This document shows positions 42,440-54,649 of a stretch of DNA of 64,000 nucleotides, piece by piece. The notes under the pieces are model-generated. The model was not told the DNA's origin and did not search any database. It saw only the letters and a program-made list of their open reading frames with translations. Position numbers and translations under genes: made by a program. The number at the start of each line of letters is the position of its first letter. Positions within the stretch are counted from its first letter, which is position 1. This DNA comes from Eledone cirrhosa (lineage: Eukaryota): the NCBI GenBank assembly GCA_964016885.1, contig OZ024742.1, positions 303,118,001 to 303,182,000 on the forward strand, given 5' to 3'.

Positions 42440-45400
42440 TGCATTTATCTTGCTTTATGTTTATACGAGTTATCACCAAGTCACAACCAGTGACCTCAAG
42501 AGACAACAAGGTCCGCCATGTTCAAGAAAGAACACACATATTCACACATGCATCCTTAGTGTTTAGACTTGTGATGTACTTATATTGACAGGATCTTCCT
42601 TAGTATATGGGCAGTTCCCATTAGTACTATCTTTTGTATTTCTCCTATACGCGGGTTTCCTGGGATTTGCGATAAGTAGTCGTTAGACCCCTTAGGTATC
42701 ATTCCCAGAGCGCCTACAACCACTGGTATTGTTTTAGTTCTCAATTTCCACATTTTTCCAATTTCTATCTCCAGGTCCTTATACTTGCTCAATTTTTCAA
42801 ATGTTTTTATAGATACATTCTTGTCTATTGGAACAGACATATCAATTAGCAGGCATACCCTCCTTTGAAAGTCCTTCAATATTATATCAGGTCTATTTGC
42901 ATCTATTTTTCGGTCTGTTTGGATGCTAAAGTTCCACAAGATGGAGATGTGATCTTTTTCAAGTATGGGAGGTGGTTGATGCTCCCACCAATTCTTTTGA
43001 TGGGGCAGGTCAAAATGCTTACACATTATCCAATGTATGTATTGTGCAGCTCTGTCATGCCTGTTTAGGTATTCGGTTGGAGCTATAGGACTGCACATTG
43101 AAATTATATGGTCAATGGTCTCTGGTTGTTTTTTGCATACACGGCATAATGGGCTGCACCCACTTTTTATTATGTTGGCTTGGTAATTTTTTGTTGGCAG
43201 ACACTGATCTTGTGCGGATATAATCAGTCCTTCAGTCTCCGATTTCAGTCCAGAGGATGCCAACCACTGATGGGTTAAAGTTTTGTCAACATCAGGATTG
43301 TTAGCTCGCTCTGGGTATTTTCCATACAGAGGCTTTTCTTGCCATTTCTTAGCCAGTTTCTGTAGCAGTTCTTTCTTTGCAGTTACTTTTACCTGCTTTG
43401 CTTTTTCTGTGTTTTCCATTTCAGCAGTAAATGGGACTTCTGAAATTTGTAGTCCATTACTGTATCTTTGTGCATCTTTTGTAATGGAATATGATCTTTT
43501 GGTGCTTTCGTGTTTCAAAACGAGTTTGATCATCCAATCATGTGATTCCCTTAGATATGTGGATAATCCAATTGTTGCAGTTTTCAACGCAATGTCTAAC
43601 TGGATTAACCCACGTCCTCCTTCTTTCCTAGGGAGATATATTCTATCTATGTCTGCCTTAGGGTGATGCATTCTGTGCATGGTTAAGAATTTTCGGATTT
43701 TTGTATCGAGCTTACGGATCTCTGTGCTTGACCAGTTGATGACATTGTAACTGTAGGTTACTACTGGTATGGCAAGCGTGTTTATGGCATCGATCCTATT
43801 CCTTGCATTCAATTCCGTTCTTAAGATTGCTCTGACTCTGCGGTAACATTCCTTCCTTATCCTTTCCCTCATTGTCGAGTGCTTGATTCCGTCTCCTTCA
43901 CAAACACCTAGATATTTGTAAGTTTGTTCTTGATCAAGCTCTCTTATCACGTTCCCCCGATCAAGATTAATGTCTGAACTCTTCAGCAGCTTTCCTCTGG
44001 TGAACGTTGCTTTGGCGCATTTATCCAGTCCAAACTCCATTTTAATATCATCACTGAACTGCTTTACAGTGGATAATAGCCCTTGCAATTGTTCATCATT
44101 TTTTGCAAATAGTTTCAGGTCATCCATGTAGAACAGGTGATTAATGGTTTTGTCATAGACTCTATATCCATGTTTTGTTTCATTGAGCATTTTACTTAAT
44201 GGTATAAGTGCGATGCAGAATAAAAGCGGTGATAAAGAGTCACCCTGAAAAATTCCACAATTAATGTTAACTTCTCCAGCTTCCAGTGATTTTGTTTCAC
44301 TATTCAAAAGGAGTGTCGTTCTCCATGTCCTCATACTGAATGACAAAAACCTCCTGATAACGGGGGATATTTTGAAAATCTCTAAACATTTTTCAATCCA
44401 ACTGTGTGGCAAACTATCAAATGCTTTTTTATAATCTATCCAAGCAATCGATAGATTTTTGTGTCTATTATGACAATCTTCCAGTATCATTTTGTTAACC
44501 AGAAGCTGATCCTTACAGCCATATGAGCCTCGTTTACACCCTTTCTGCTCAATGGGAAATAGGTCATTTGTTATCAGGTGGTCATATGTGTATTCAGTTA
44601 GGACTGATGTTAAAATTTTATACATTGTGGTCAAGCAGGTTATCGGTCTGTAATTTTTGGGATTGTTTGTCTCATCATTCTTCGGTAGCAGGAATGTAAT
44701 GCCGTTAACTAGCCATGATGGTATCTTTTCTGGCTCCTTAACTATTTCATTGTAAAGTTGGGCTAACAGCTCATGAGACTCTGTGAAGGCATTTATCCAA
44801 AAGTTTTGTATTTTGTCTTTTCCTGGGGATTTCCATTTGCTGGTTTTTCTTAGAGCCAAGCGCAGCTGTTCAACTGTTATATTTTCCCATGTTTGTTCTT
44901 CAAGGTGAGCTGTTTCTTTCATTTGTCTGTCTATCCATGGGGCATGTATGTTATGAACTTTTTCTTCGGCCCAGATCTTTTCCCAGAATTCTTGCACTTC
45001 CTCCTTGGGTGGTATTGATTTAGCAGTTATTGTTGACTTACCAATTTTTCTGTAGAAGTTTCTTTGGTTGTTTTTGAACATATTATTGTCCTTATAGAAT
45101 CTAGATCGTTTTTCAAAGCGCCTTATACGAGCAGCTTTGGCCGACACTTTTTGCTTGATTGTTTCTATCAGCATGTCTATGTCACATGTTGATCTTATAC
45201 TGTACTTTTTTTTCAATTTTCTAAGTTTAGTTTGTTTAACATGTTCACCTACTTTATAGTTTGTTAAAATTTCTATGTCAGATCGGAGAAGGTTTATTTG
45301 GCGATTGATGTTATCTTGCCAAGTAGATTTCTTGTGGGAATTCCTTTGTTTTTTCATCTTCACTCCACATAAGTGAGTGGTGACTTTAGCCGATGCATAA

Positions 45401-46400
45401 TAGAGATGATTTAAGTCAGTAATGCTTAGTTTGTTTGTGATGATAATGTTTTTGAGAATTATGTTAGTCTTGTGTATTATCTTTTGGTTCTGTTTGGAGT
45501 TCTGGATCTTAGGGAGGGTGTCTCGTTCCCCCATGTCAGATTCTTTCATTTTCATCCATTCGATCATAATTTCATCCTTCAAGTTGGCAAGTTCATTCTC
45601 ATTCATTTCTTTATCATTTACGATCTCATTATTTTCATTTGGAGTTTCATCCTGAGCATGCACTCCCTCCACTTTTTCGCTCCTTTCTTTAATTTGTTCT
45701 GTTGCCAGTGATTCCGCCCCAACTCTGGGATTCGAAGTGTTACAGTTTACCTCGTTTTCACTGACACATGCTTCATTTTCCCTTCGCTGACTTTGTGCTA
45801 CTAGCTTGATCTGATCAATTTCTATATCAGTTAGTAACTTTTTTCTTACAATATTTCTTCGTATATTGGCTAGTTTGTTACTGTCAATATAGCCTCTGTT
45901 TTCGGGATGTTTCTTTTTACAGTTGATATATGTTTGCTCTGTATTCGATGTATTTGATGGGTAGTACATGGCAGTGTAGAAAGCCTCAAGGACTTCTTTA
46001 TTATCTTCCCTTGACCATTTTTCTCTCTTTTTCTTTGGATTTCTTGGTGGTGAGCATGGAGGGCCAACAGTAGGAGTATTCCGGTTATGGGAGGTCTCCA
46101 GCTCCGAAGTGATGGGAAGGTTTGAACCATTAGCTGATTTTTCGACCCTAGTCTGGTTCCTCTCTGAGGGACGCGGCCCTTTTTTACCCGGGTGACGGCC
46201 GATCCGGTATGAGATTTCATCATTAGACATCTACTTTATTTTGTCGCGTTTTATCCTTATCCGCCAAGGGGTAATCTTTTCGTGTTACCACTTCTAGAAC
46301 GAGTGTCAACCAAGACTAGAGGGGTCGTTCTCCCCTAGAGACATGGCTATTCCCCGCCGGCCGCCATCCCGGTATTTCTTGGTCACGGGGTTTTCTTTTT
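42440..46400 (-). mobile_element. Full-length Dong/R4-clade LINE, family B
   Basis: Single intact ORF, ~140-nt 3' UTR running into (TAA)n, and ~170-nt structured 5' UTR. Confidence 0.95.
42580..46230 (-). CDS. 1216-aa retrotransposon polyprotein: Myb-like N-terminus, reverse transcriptase, CCHC knuckle, restriction-like endonuclease
   Basis: KWSREDN; KSPGKDKI; NYRPITCL; IDYKKAFDSLPH; GIFQGDSLSPLLF; FYMDD; CRVC-x8-H-x4-C; RHD; RPDII..LIDMSVP..KLSKYKDL. No stops. Confidence 0.95.
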   Translation of the reverse strand: MSNDEISYRIGRHPGKKGPRPSERNQTRVEKSANGSNLPITSELETSHNRNTPTVGPPCSPPRNPKKKREKWSREDNKEVLEAFYTAMYYPSNTSNTEQTYINCKKKHPENRGYIDSNKLANIRRNIVRKKLLTDIEIDQIKLVAQSQRRENEACVSENEVNCNTSNPRVGAESLATEQIKERSEKVEGVHAQDETPNENNEIVNDKEMNENELANLKDEIMIEWMKMKESDMGERDTLPKIQNSKQNQKIIHKTNIILKNIIITNKLSITDLNHLYYASAKVTTHLCGVKMKKQRNSHKKSTWQDNINRQINLLRSDIEILTNYKVGEHVKQTKLRKLKKKYSIRSTCDIDMLIETIKQKVSAKAARIRRFEKRSRFYKDNNMFKNNQRNFYRKIGKSTITAKSIPPKEEVQEFWEKIWAEEKVHNIHAPWIDRQMKETAHLEEQTWENITVEQLRLALRKTSKWKSPGKDKIQNFWINAFTESHELLAQLYNEIVKEPEKIPSWLVNGITFLLPKNDETNNPKNYRPITCLTTMYKILTSVLTEYTYDHLITNDLFPIEQKGCKRGSYGCKDQLLVNKMILEDCHNRHKNLSIAWIDYKKAFDSLPHSWIEKCLEIFKISPVIRRFLSFSMRTWRTTLLLNSETKSLEAGEVNINCGIFQGDSLSPLLFCIALIPLSKMLNETKHGYRVYDKTINHLFYMDDLKLFAKNDEQLQGLLSTVKQFSDDIKMEFGLDKCAKATFTRGKLLKSSDINLDRGNVIRELDQEQTYKYLGVCEGDGIKHSTMRERIRKECYRRVRAILRTELNARNRIDAINTLAIPVVTYSYNVINWSSTEIRKLDTKIRKFLTMHRMHHPKADIDRIYLPRKEGGRGLIQLDIALKTATIGLSTYLRESHDWMIKLVLKHESTKRSYSITKDAQRYSNGLQISEVPFTAEMENTEKAKQVKVTAKKELLQKLAKKWQEKPLYGKYPERANNPDVDKTLTHQWLASSGLKSETEGLIISAQDQCLPTKNYQANIIKSGCSPLCRVCKKQPETIDHIISMCSPIAPTEYLNRHDRAAQYIHWIMCKHFDLPHQKNWWEHQPPPILEKDHISILWNFSIQTDRKIDANRPDIILKDFQRRVCLLIDMSVPIDKNVSIKTFEKLSKYKDLEIEIGKMWKLRTKTIPVVVGALGMIPKGSNDYLSQIPGNPRIGEIQKIVLMGTAHILRKILSI

Positions 46401-47350
46401 GTTGTTTTTTTTAAATTGTTATTATCATGAGTGGTTCCTTAATGTGAGCATTGCGTGGCTTAAGAATGAAATTATTAATAATTGTCTCCACTCCAGGCCA
46501 GCAATCACCCAGTGCATTACAATAATATAATATACTTTTTGTTGTAGTTAGCTGTTATTGCTGCTGGCTATGTCGGTGGTGGTGCCGGGGCTTTTTATAT
46601 TGTTGGTGAGGAAGGGGTGAGCCAGCAGTCCCATAATTGTTGATGTAGACGTTTGTCCGTGGCAAGGTCACCAAGTCAATCTATTTATATCTTTTGCTAG
46701 CCTCTCTCTTGTCTAGTGCTACCACCACCTTCCCTTTTCTCTCTCAAGTTAACAGGGGAATAGTGTCAGTAGCATTGAATGAGTGGTGGCGGCGATGATG
46801 GATGTGGTGGGGTGGTGGCAGCGGTGGTGTTGTGGTTACTGATATAGGAAATCTATGAGTTTGTGTTCGTATGTTTAATATATATTTTCATTATATTTTG
46901 TGTTGACATATTCCCGTAAAATTTGAATTAAACATTTTTTAAAATTTGAGACAATAATAATAGTAATTATTATTATGATGCCGGTGAAGTTGCCGTTATA
47001 TTTAGTGTGATGGGATAGGTAGTGTATCAAGTTTCTGGTGTTGGTGAAATTGAAATTGCCGCTGTTCTATATAGTGTAGACAGAGGGTGTTTTGTTCCAT
47101 TTATAACCATTTTCTTTTTTTGAATACAAAATATATAATACAAAATTGAATATTTGAGCGATACAACAATATAATATGGATCCGAAACTTTATGGGACCT
47201 CATTCGGTGCCTTTATGCAACATTTGTGCTAAGAATTGTTCTTTCACAATTGATTTAAATATGTTAAAAATCAAAAAACTTACGGGAGCAATTTCGTGAC
47301 GTTCTACCACCTCGTGACGTTCTACCACCTCGTGCGTCTTCTTCCCTTAT

Positions 47351-47513
<163 letters not shown>

Positions 47514-48479
47514 AATACCGACATACATACGAACACACATCACTTTGCATACCTGCCTGTGTGTGTTCGTGTGTGTCCATGTCCGTTTACGAATTTATAT
47601 TCACGTAGATGTGTTTGTGTTTATGTTCTTTCGTATATTCATCTCTGTATTGATTGATCGAACAGGTAAGCGAAATATACTGAAAACAATTACATTCCTA
47701 ATGAAACAAGACATAATCAAATATATTGTTGCAATATTTCTTTTCACAGTTCTTATCACAAACTCCCAAATGCGCGAAATGTGTTTGGCATTTGACCATG
47801 CTTATCAACATTATGTCCACTGATATCTAGTTGTATGCAAATAATCTGAAATAGTGTGAGTAGATTTGAAAGTTGGTAATCTTAGTACTATAACAATTCT
47901 TATTACAATATTCTACAGAAGTCATGACAGCTTTGAGGTTTACTATTCGTTTGTGTCAGTTGAAATGGTTCACACCTATGTATTAGAATATTTTCTTGTC
48001 CTAGTCTGCAAAAAACCCAAAAAACACAAAGAAAAAGAAAAAAGAAAACTGTGGGTGTTTTAACTCTTAAATCTCTCACAACTGATTGAAAGTCTGTCGG
48101 CACCATGGTATAAGCAAATAAGAACCTCAGTCATCTGTCACAGGAAAGCGCGACATTAAATACAAAATGATTTCTTTAATTTGAATTTCATTAAACGTAG
48201 AGTTGTAAAGATATGAAAAATGTTCAGAATATATAAGTATCGTACCACGTATTATATTATGTTGAAAACATTTCGATTGTATTACTAATATAATATCATG
48301 GAGAGACGAAGCAAAACAACCTCCAATATATACCTCTTCGGTACCACCGGTTAAACAAAAACACGTCTAATTCATCAGGTCCATTTTGAGAAAATATATA
48401 TATTTAACTTTCATATATATGTGTTGACTGCTCTTTTTTTTTTCGTTTCTACCTACAACTATATCTCGTTGGTGATTTT

Positions 48480-48900
48480 GCAGAGATGGTAATTCTTCAC
48501 AACTGATGTTTTTCCCCCAAAACACCTTTCGTGGCTAATTCATCCGATGAGCAATGTTGAGGCAATAGCGTCTAACAAGGTGAGGAGCTTCCATTTTTGT
48601 ATCGCACTAACATCATGTTGGATGCGCGAATTTTTAAATGCTTTGCCTCCTCTATGGACAGGTGTTGTCCAATTGCCAAAATCCTTCATCGACATCTCCA
48701 ATTTCCTTTCATCAATGGAGAACACCTTTATGGTATTTATAGATTGTTTCACACAGCCCATTTTCCGATCTGTCTGAACTCCATACATCACTTGTTTGGG
48801 AATTCTGAATTCATCCATTCGAGAGGACATGACCAAGTCATCTCAATCACTTGGATCTAAGAATAGGTTAGAGTGATGGAATATCTGCTCTCCGTAGCAT
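48480..48900 (-). pseudogene. Ancient RTE-clade LINE C-terminal fragment
   Basis: Minus strand LR*LGHV / RMDEFRIPKQVMYG, the typical RTE post-RT motif. Confidence 0.7.
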
Positions 48901-50112
48901 TTCTGCATAAAGAACCAGAACAAATGTTTCGGATACACGTAAATGGTGAAATGAAGAGAATTTTAAACATTCATTTACAGCGTTTAGGAAACAGACGATA
49001 GTTGTCGTTTGTTTGTTAGACGGAGCAGAAATTCTAAAATATAATGTATGAATGTGTATAAAAATAATAATAATGAAAATATATTTCCATATATAAGTGT
49101 TATAACATTAAGAATAGCAGAGTTATTTTCCACTTCTTCACATAATATAGGCAGTTACTTTAAAAAAACACAGATGCAATAGAGTCGTGTAATCTTGTAG
49201 TAATTGCAAAGAGAATTCTCGGAATAAATCAAATGAAATTCTTCACCGTTCTCTTTTAGAATATATTTTCTTTTCTACTTCTCAGAAAAGTGATATTCAA
49301 GTTTGTAGTCTGAAACACGAGGTGTAGATTAACTTAGGTCTTAAAATGGCTACTTGCATATAGTCGTTACTTCTGTTTCAGTGAGTTCGTTTTAAAGATA
49401 TGTTGTTTTCTTCTTTTATTTCGTTCGAAAGTATTAGTTTTGAGAAGTACTTTTAACATTCGTTTTAGCTTTCAGAGGATTGAACCATTTGGACATCAGA
49501 AGGGCAGTCAGTTTGGACGAGACCTAGTCCTAATATTTCACAAATTTCACCCAGAAGTATCTTCTCTGTTAAAAGAGAAAAATATTCTGAAATTTGTAAG
49601 ACTATATTTTGGGGAAAACACTGCTTATAGAGTTAGTGCTTGGAAATTTAATGTTTTCACAGCTGACGGGATTCAACATTCTGCAACAATAAATATGATG
49701 ATGATGTTAATGTTGGTTTAGGAAAACTGCTTCACTTTGATCTAATAATATATAAAATAGACGATGGACGGCAAATTTAGAGAGAGAAAAGAAGATAAAA
49801 GTTAAGAGAGAGAAAGTAAATGGAAGTAATATGCGAGGTCTTTCTGTTTGTATGATTTCTTTGTAAATAACTGATATAATTTGAACAATGTAGTATGTCT
49901 GAGGTTTTCCAGGTGTATGAAGAACATATAAGCAATATTTCATGTATAGTACAATATGGCATCGTATTATCGAAATTTATGATCAAACATTCAAAATATA
50001 AACTTTTCTATGATTCATATAGAAGCTTATTTACTGTCAGTAGAGATGTTAATGAACATATATATGCTCCGGATTTCTTTCTACCAGTAGTAAACTTATA
50101 TCAGTATTATCG

Positions 50113-50500
50113 CTGGATTAGCAGTATCGATAGAGGGTCGGACGCCATGCTTTGACGCATAGAGTTACAGCTCTTGCCATTCTGAGTTCAAATCCCGCCG
50201 AGGTTAACTTTGCCTTTCATCCTTACGGGGTCGATAAAATAAAGTACCAGTAATGCACTGGGTAATTTATGGCCTTGTGTCAAAGGTAGACACAATTATT
50301 ATCGCTCTTTGGTGGATTGGCAGTATCGGTAGAGGGTCAGACGCCATGCTTTGCAGCACAGTTACGTCCCTTTACGGACTGAGTTGAAATCCCGCTGAGG
50401 TTAACGTTGCCTTTCATCCTTACGGGGTCGATAAAATAAAATACCAGTAATACACTGGGATAATTGCTGGCCTTGTGCCAAAAGTAGAAACAATTATTAT
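50113..50500 (+). mobile_element. Tandem pair of S1 SINEs (50113-50300, 50313-50500)
   Basis: A-box-like TGGCAGTATCGG, B-box GAGTTCAAATCCC and core GCCTTTCATCCTTACGGGGTCGATAAAAT. Confidence 0.88.
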
Positions 50501-50851
50501 CGGTCTTTTAATTTACTTATTACAAATGTAAAAATAATTAACGATTAATGTTAACTCTGAAATAAAATTGTGGGCTGTAGTGTGCAGAGTGTAAAGAGGT
50601 TAGTAGAATCAAAGTCAATGTTGCATCATATGTATAATACTTAATGGCATATAAAAATTATTTCGATATCAATCAGCTCAGGGTACAATGAAAATGATGG
50701 GGCCCGACCCTTCTTCGAATTCTTAGATATGCGAGTTTATATGTGAAAAGACACACTTAAACTGAGTTTAGCTGATCGATATTGAAACAATAAAAATACG
50801 CCCATAAAGTTTGTACATATGATGCAGCACTGACCTCTATTCTACATACCT

Positions 50852-51048
<197 letters not shown>

Positions 51049-51312
51049 TACATATATATGATTTGATCAGAGACGTACACTGTATTTAAGGTCGAGTGCC
51101 GCAACTTCGAGTGAACAGTGGCCTTTAGACTCACCTGGTCAATGAAACAATTGTTAATATTGTAAATAAAACCCTTTTTGTACAGCCGGCCATGTTATTC
51201 TTCACTCATTCGCTACTATATATATATATATAACGAAGGAAGAGTGGTAAGGAACCAGATGGACTATAACGCACCAGAGTAGTCAATACTTAGGGTAGTA
51301 GAGTCGGTAATA

Positions 51313-51422
51313 GGAAAAAGTTTAACCCCGACGGCATAGCTGAAGCCGTTACGACGGCTATTTCTGGACAGAAATAGCCGTCGAAACGGCTTGAGCTCTG
51401 CCGTCGGGGTTAAACTTTTTCC
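51313..51422. repeat. 110-bp palindrome within a TA-flanked PLE-like fragment (~51232-51425)
   Basis: GGAAAAAGTTTAACCCCGACGGC...TTTCTG-GA-CAGAAA...GCCGTCGGGGTTAAACTTTTTCC. Confidence 0.85.
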
Positions 51423-51554
51423 CATGTATATATATATATTTATATATATATATAGTGGTAGAACACTGGAAGATAATATCAGTAGTGGTAGAACACTCAG
51501 TCCATGGGACGAGTTAGGTAGCAGTGGTTACACACAACAGTTAGTTCACCATAC

Positions 51555-51592
51555 CGAGAACAATTGTTTCACCTTAGCGGATCCTCAGCTCG
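51555..51592 (-). ncRNA. Minimal type I hammerhead (P7)
   Basis: Reverse complement of 51648-51685. Confidence 0.7.
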
Positions 51593-51647
51593 TAATGGAC
51601 ATGGTTATACAGAACAGGCGTATGGTTCCGTATAACCATGTCCATTA

Positions 51648-51685
51648 CGAGCTGAGGATCCGCTAAGGTGAAACAATTGTTCTCG
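51648..51685 (+). ncRNA. Minimal type I hammerhead (P7), 38 nt
   Basis: CGAG-CUGAGGA-U-CC gcuaa GG-U-GAAA-CAAUUG-UU-CUCG. Confidence 0.7.
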
Positions 51686-51726
51686 GTATAGTGAACTAAC
51701 TGTTGTGTAACCACTTCTATATATAT

Positions 51727-51764
<38 letters not shown>

Positions 51765-52391
51765 AACCTCATAGCAGGTTAATTAAAATATAAATAGCCG
51801 TATCTACCTATATATTTCAAACTTTAATCTTTACTTGATAAACGAATATACATACATATATTTAAAAACATTTAATTTAAATGTTTCTCTTGTGGTAAAT
51901 ATTAAAGTTTAATTATCTCCATCTCTTTAAAAATAATTGAAATTTATGCCCATTTAGCTTGCTAACCCTAATGGGAAACAAATAGATGTCCCGATCGCTC
52001 ATTATAATTTCTTTTAAGTAATATTGCCTTCATGTGATAGCAAGTTGCATGAGATAGAGAAGGACAGAATATGTTAGCGGCACATATTAAAAAGATTACT
52101 GAGGGTTTGTGCCAAAAGTAATTAGCAAAGTTTGTAAATCTCTTTCTATTTGGATAAAAAACAAACTGTTTTTCTCAGTTTCAGACGCATACTCATTTAA
52201 ACACTCCCAGATTGAGAGCGAGCGCGTAAGGGAGATAGTTATATAGATATATAGAGAGTGGGAGATGATATTTTCCTGGTTAGATTGCTCTCAGAGGTCT
52301 CAGTCCACCTTATCCGTGTCCATTGTACTCTATTCAACTATTATTTTAGTAAACGTCAACGTGGCGTCACTATTTGCACATTTATACATGA

Positions 52392-52887
<496 letters not shown>

Positions 52888-52892
52888 ATGTA

Positions 52893-52973
<81 letters not shown>

Positions 52974-53096
52974 ATATATATATGAAATGAGAGAGAGGGA
53001 GAAAGTGTGTGTGTGTGTGTGTGTGACAGAGAGATAGAAATATATATATATAGAGAGAGAGAAGGGGAGAGAGAGAGAGAGAGAGAGAGGGGGAGC

Positions 53097-53162
<66 letters not shown>

Positions 53163-53166
<4 letters not shown>

Positions 53167-53241
53167 TGAAATAGAATTAGAAGCTTTGTCGTAACATTTT
53201 GACTAAATGTTACGGCGAAGCTTCTATTTCTATTTCAATTC
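53163..53241. repeat. 79-bp palindrome after (GA)n
   Basis: GAACTGAAATAGAATTAGAAGCTTTGTCGTAACATTT / AAATGTTACGGCGAAGCTTCTATTTCTATTTCAATTC. Confidence 0.8.
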
Positions 53242-54437
53242 CAAACACACTTCTTTTGTATATATATATGTGTGTGTGTGTCTGATGGTAGCTAAGATGC
53301 TTCCATAGGCGGTATGCCGGTTGAGCACTCTATGCTCTTACAGAGCAGAGTATGATAGAATAGAAAAATCAGTGATGCATCTGAACTCAATTTATTGTGT
53401 GATACAATTGTTTCGCCGGCTGACAGCTCGAGACGCGCTTATTGTGTGGATTAGTCAATCTGGACCCGCAGGTTCGACGGACACGTCAAATGATTTCCAC
53501 GCTGTAGAAATATGCATGTCTCTTGTCTGCTTGTAGATCGGTCCGTACCCTAAAAAGAACATGCGTGTGTGTGCATATTGATTTGGAAATTTAATTGAAG
53601 AACTACCATAAAAAATATTTTTGATTTATGGAAATATTTATGCAAAATATATCTTTATTTGTAAAGTTTCAACAATTTATAGGGATTTATTTCACGAGTA
53701 ATTTCTACGTGCGCCCAATTCTCTTAATTTGGAGTTGGGAATATAAATGATCCCACATTCTGGAATAAGCTCTTTGACACTGAGTGATCAACATATTCTG
53801 GTGAAATTAAATCTGAAATCAACACGATAAATGCTGAATCACTGCAAATATTTAAACGTAAAAGGAAGGGAAAGGAATAGATTCTAGGGCCACAGAAGAA
53901 TGAAAGGGGAAAGGGGTAGGGTGATTGGCTCTGGGCCTGGGGCACGGCGGTGTTGGGGCTACGCACCACGTACAAGACCGCAAGAGTATTTCCGTGGAAA
54001 ATGGCTAGTAACACCCGCTGCAACAGCCACCCACCTCGGGAGGGCTCCTTCTGAAGACGGGATGCTGACGTTCCGATCTTGCGGAGGGGCTCGGCAGTAC
54101 GGAGAGGAAGCGTTCGAACAATCCCCAGTATTTGTTATCTTCCTCTCCTCTACATTGCGGGCCACAGTAACGGGGTTTGTGGCCGAAGCGAATTTAGTTG
54201 GAGGTTGTCAAGTAATGACTAGAAGAACACTTCCGCCGCTGATTATTTCACGATTCTATGACAAATGATCTCATTCCTCTAGGTGACTATATGTATGCAC
54301 TCAGAACTGAAGCATATATTGCATATAGTGAACACCATTCTAGTTCAGTACTAATGTATCACTATATAACAGTATAATTATATGTGCTTCTGTGAGAGAG
54401 AGAGAGAGAGGGAGAGAGCGAGCAAGAGAGAGAGAGT

Positions 54438-54472
<35 letters not shown>

Positions 54473-54649
54473 GGGAAGGGATATATACATGCAATATATA
54501 GAAACGATAACATAGATATACTGTATATATAAAATATATATAGTTACAGAGATAGGGAGAGGGGAGAGGGGGAGTGACAGGGAGGTAGAGAGGTAGAGAC
54601 AGAGAAAAAGAGAAGGAATCAAGCGATTAATTTGAATAGATAGATAGAT

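Larger units (their letters stand above)
51522..51716. mobile_element. PLE family P7 palindrome with two HHRs
   Basis: ~93-bp arms with an ~8-nt loop near 51615-51622; TA-flanked. Confidence 0.8.

Noticed and set aside
51060-51220. Solo LTR (TATTTAAG, AATAAA)
   Set aside because: No clear TG...CA termini, TSD or partner LTR in the window.
53396-53420. Minus-strand GAAA-CAATTG-TA half motif
   Set aside because: No matching 5' core or stem I partner found.
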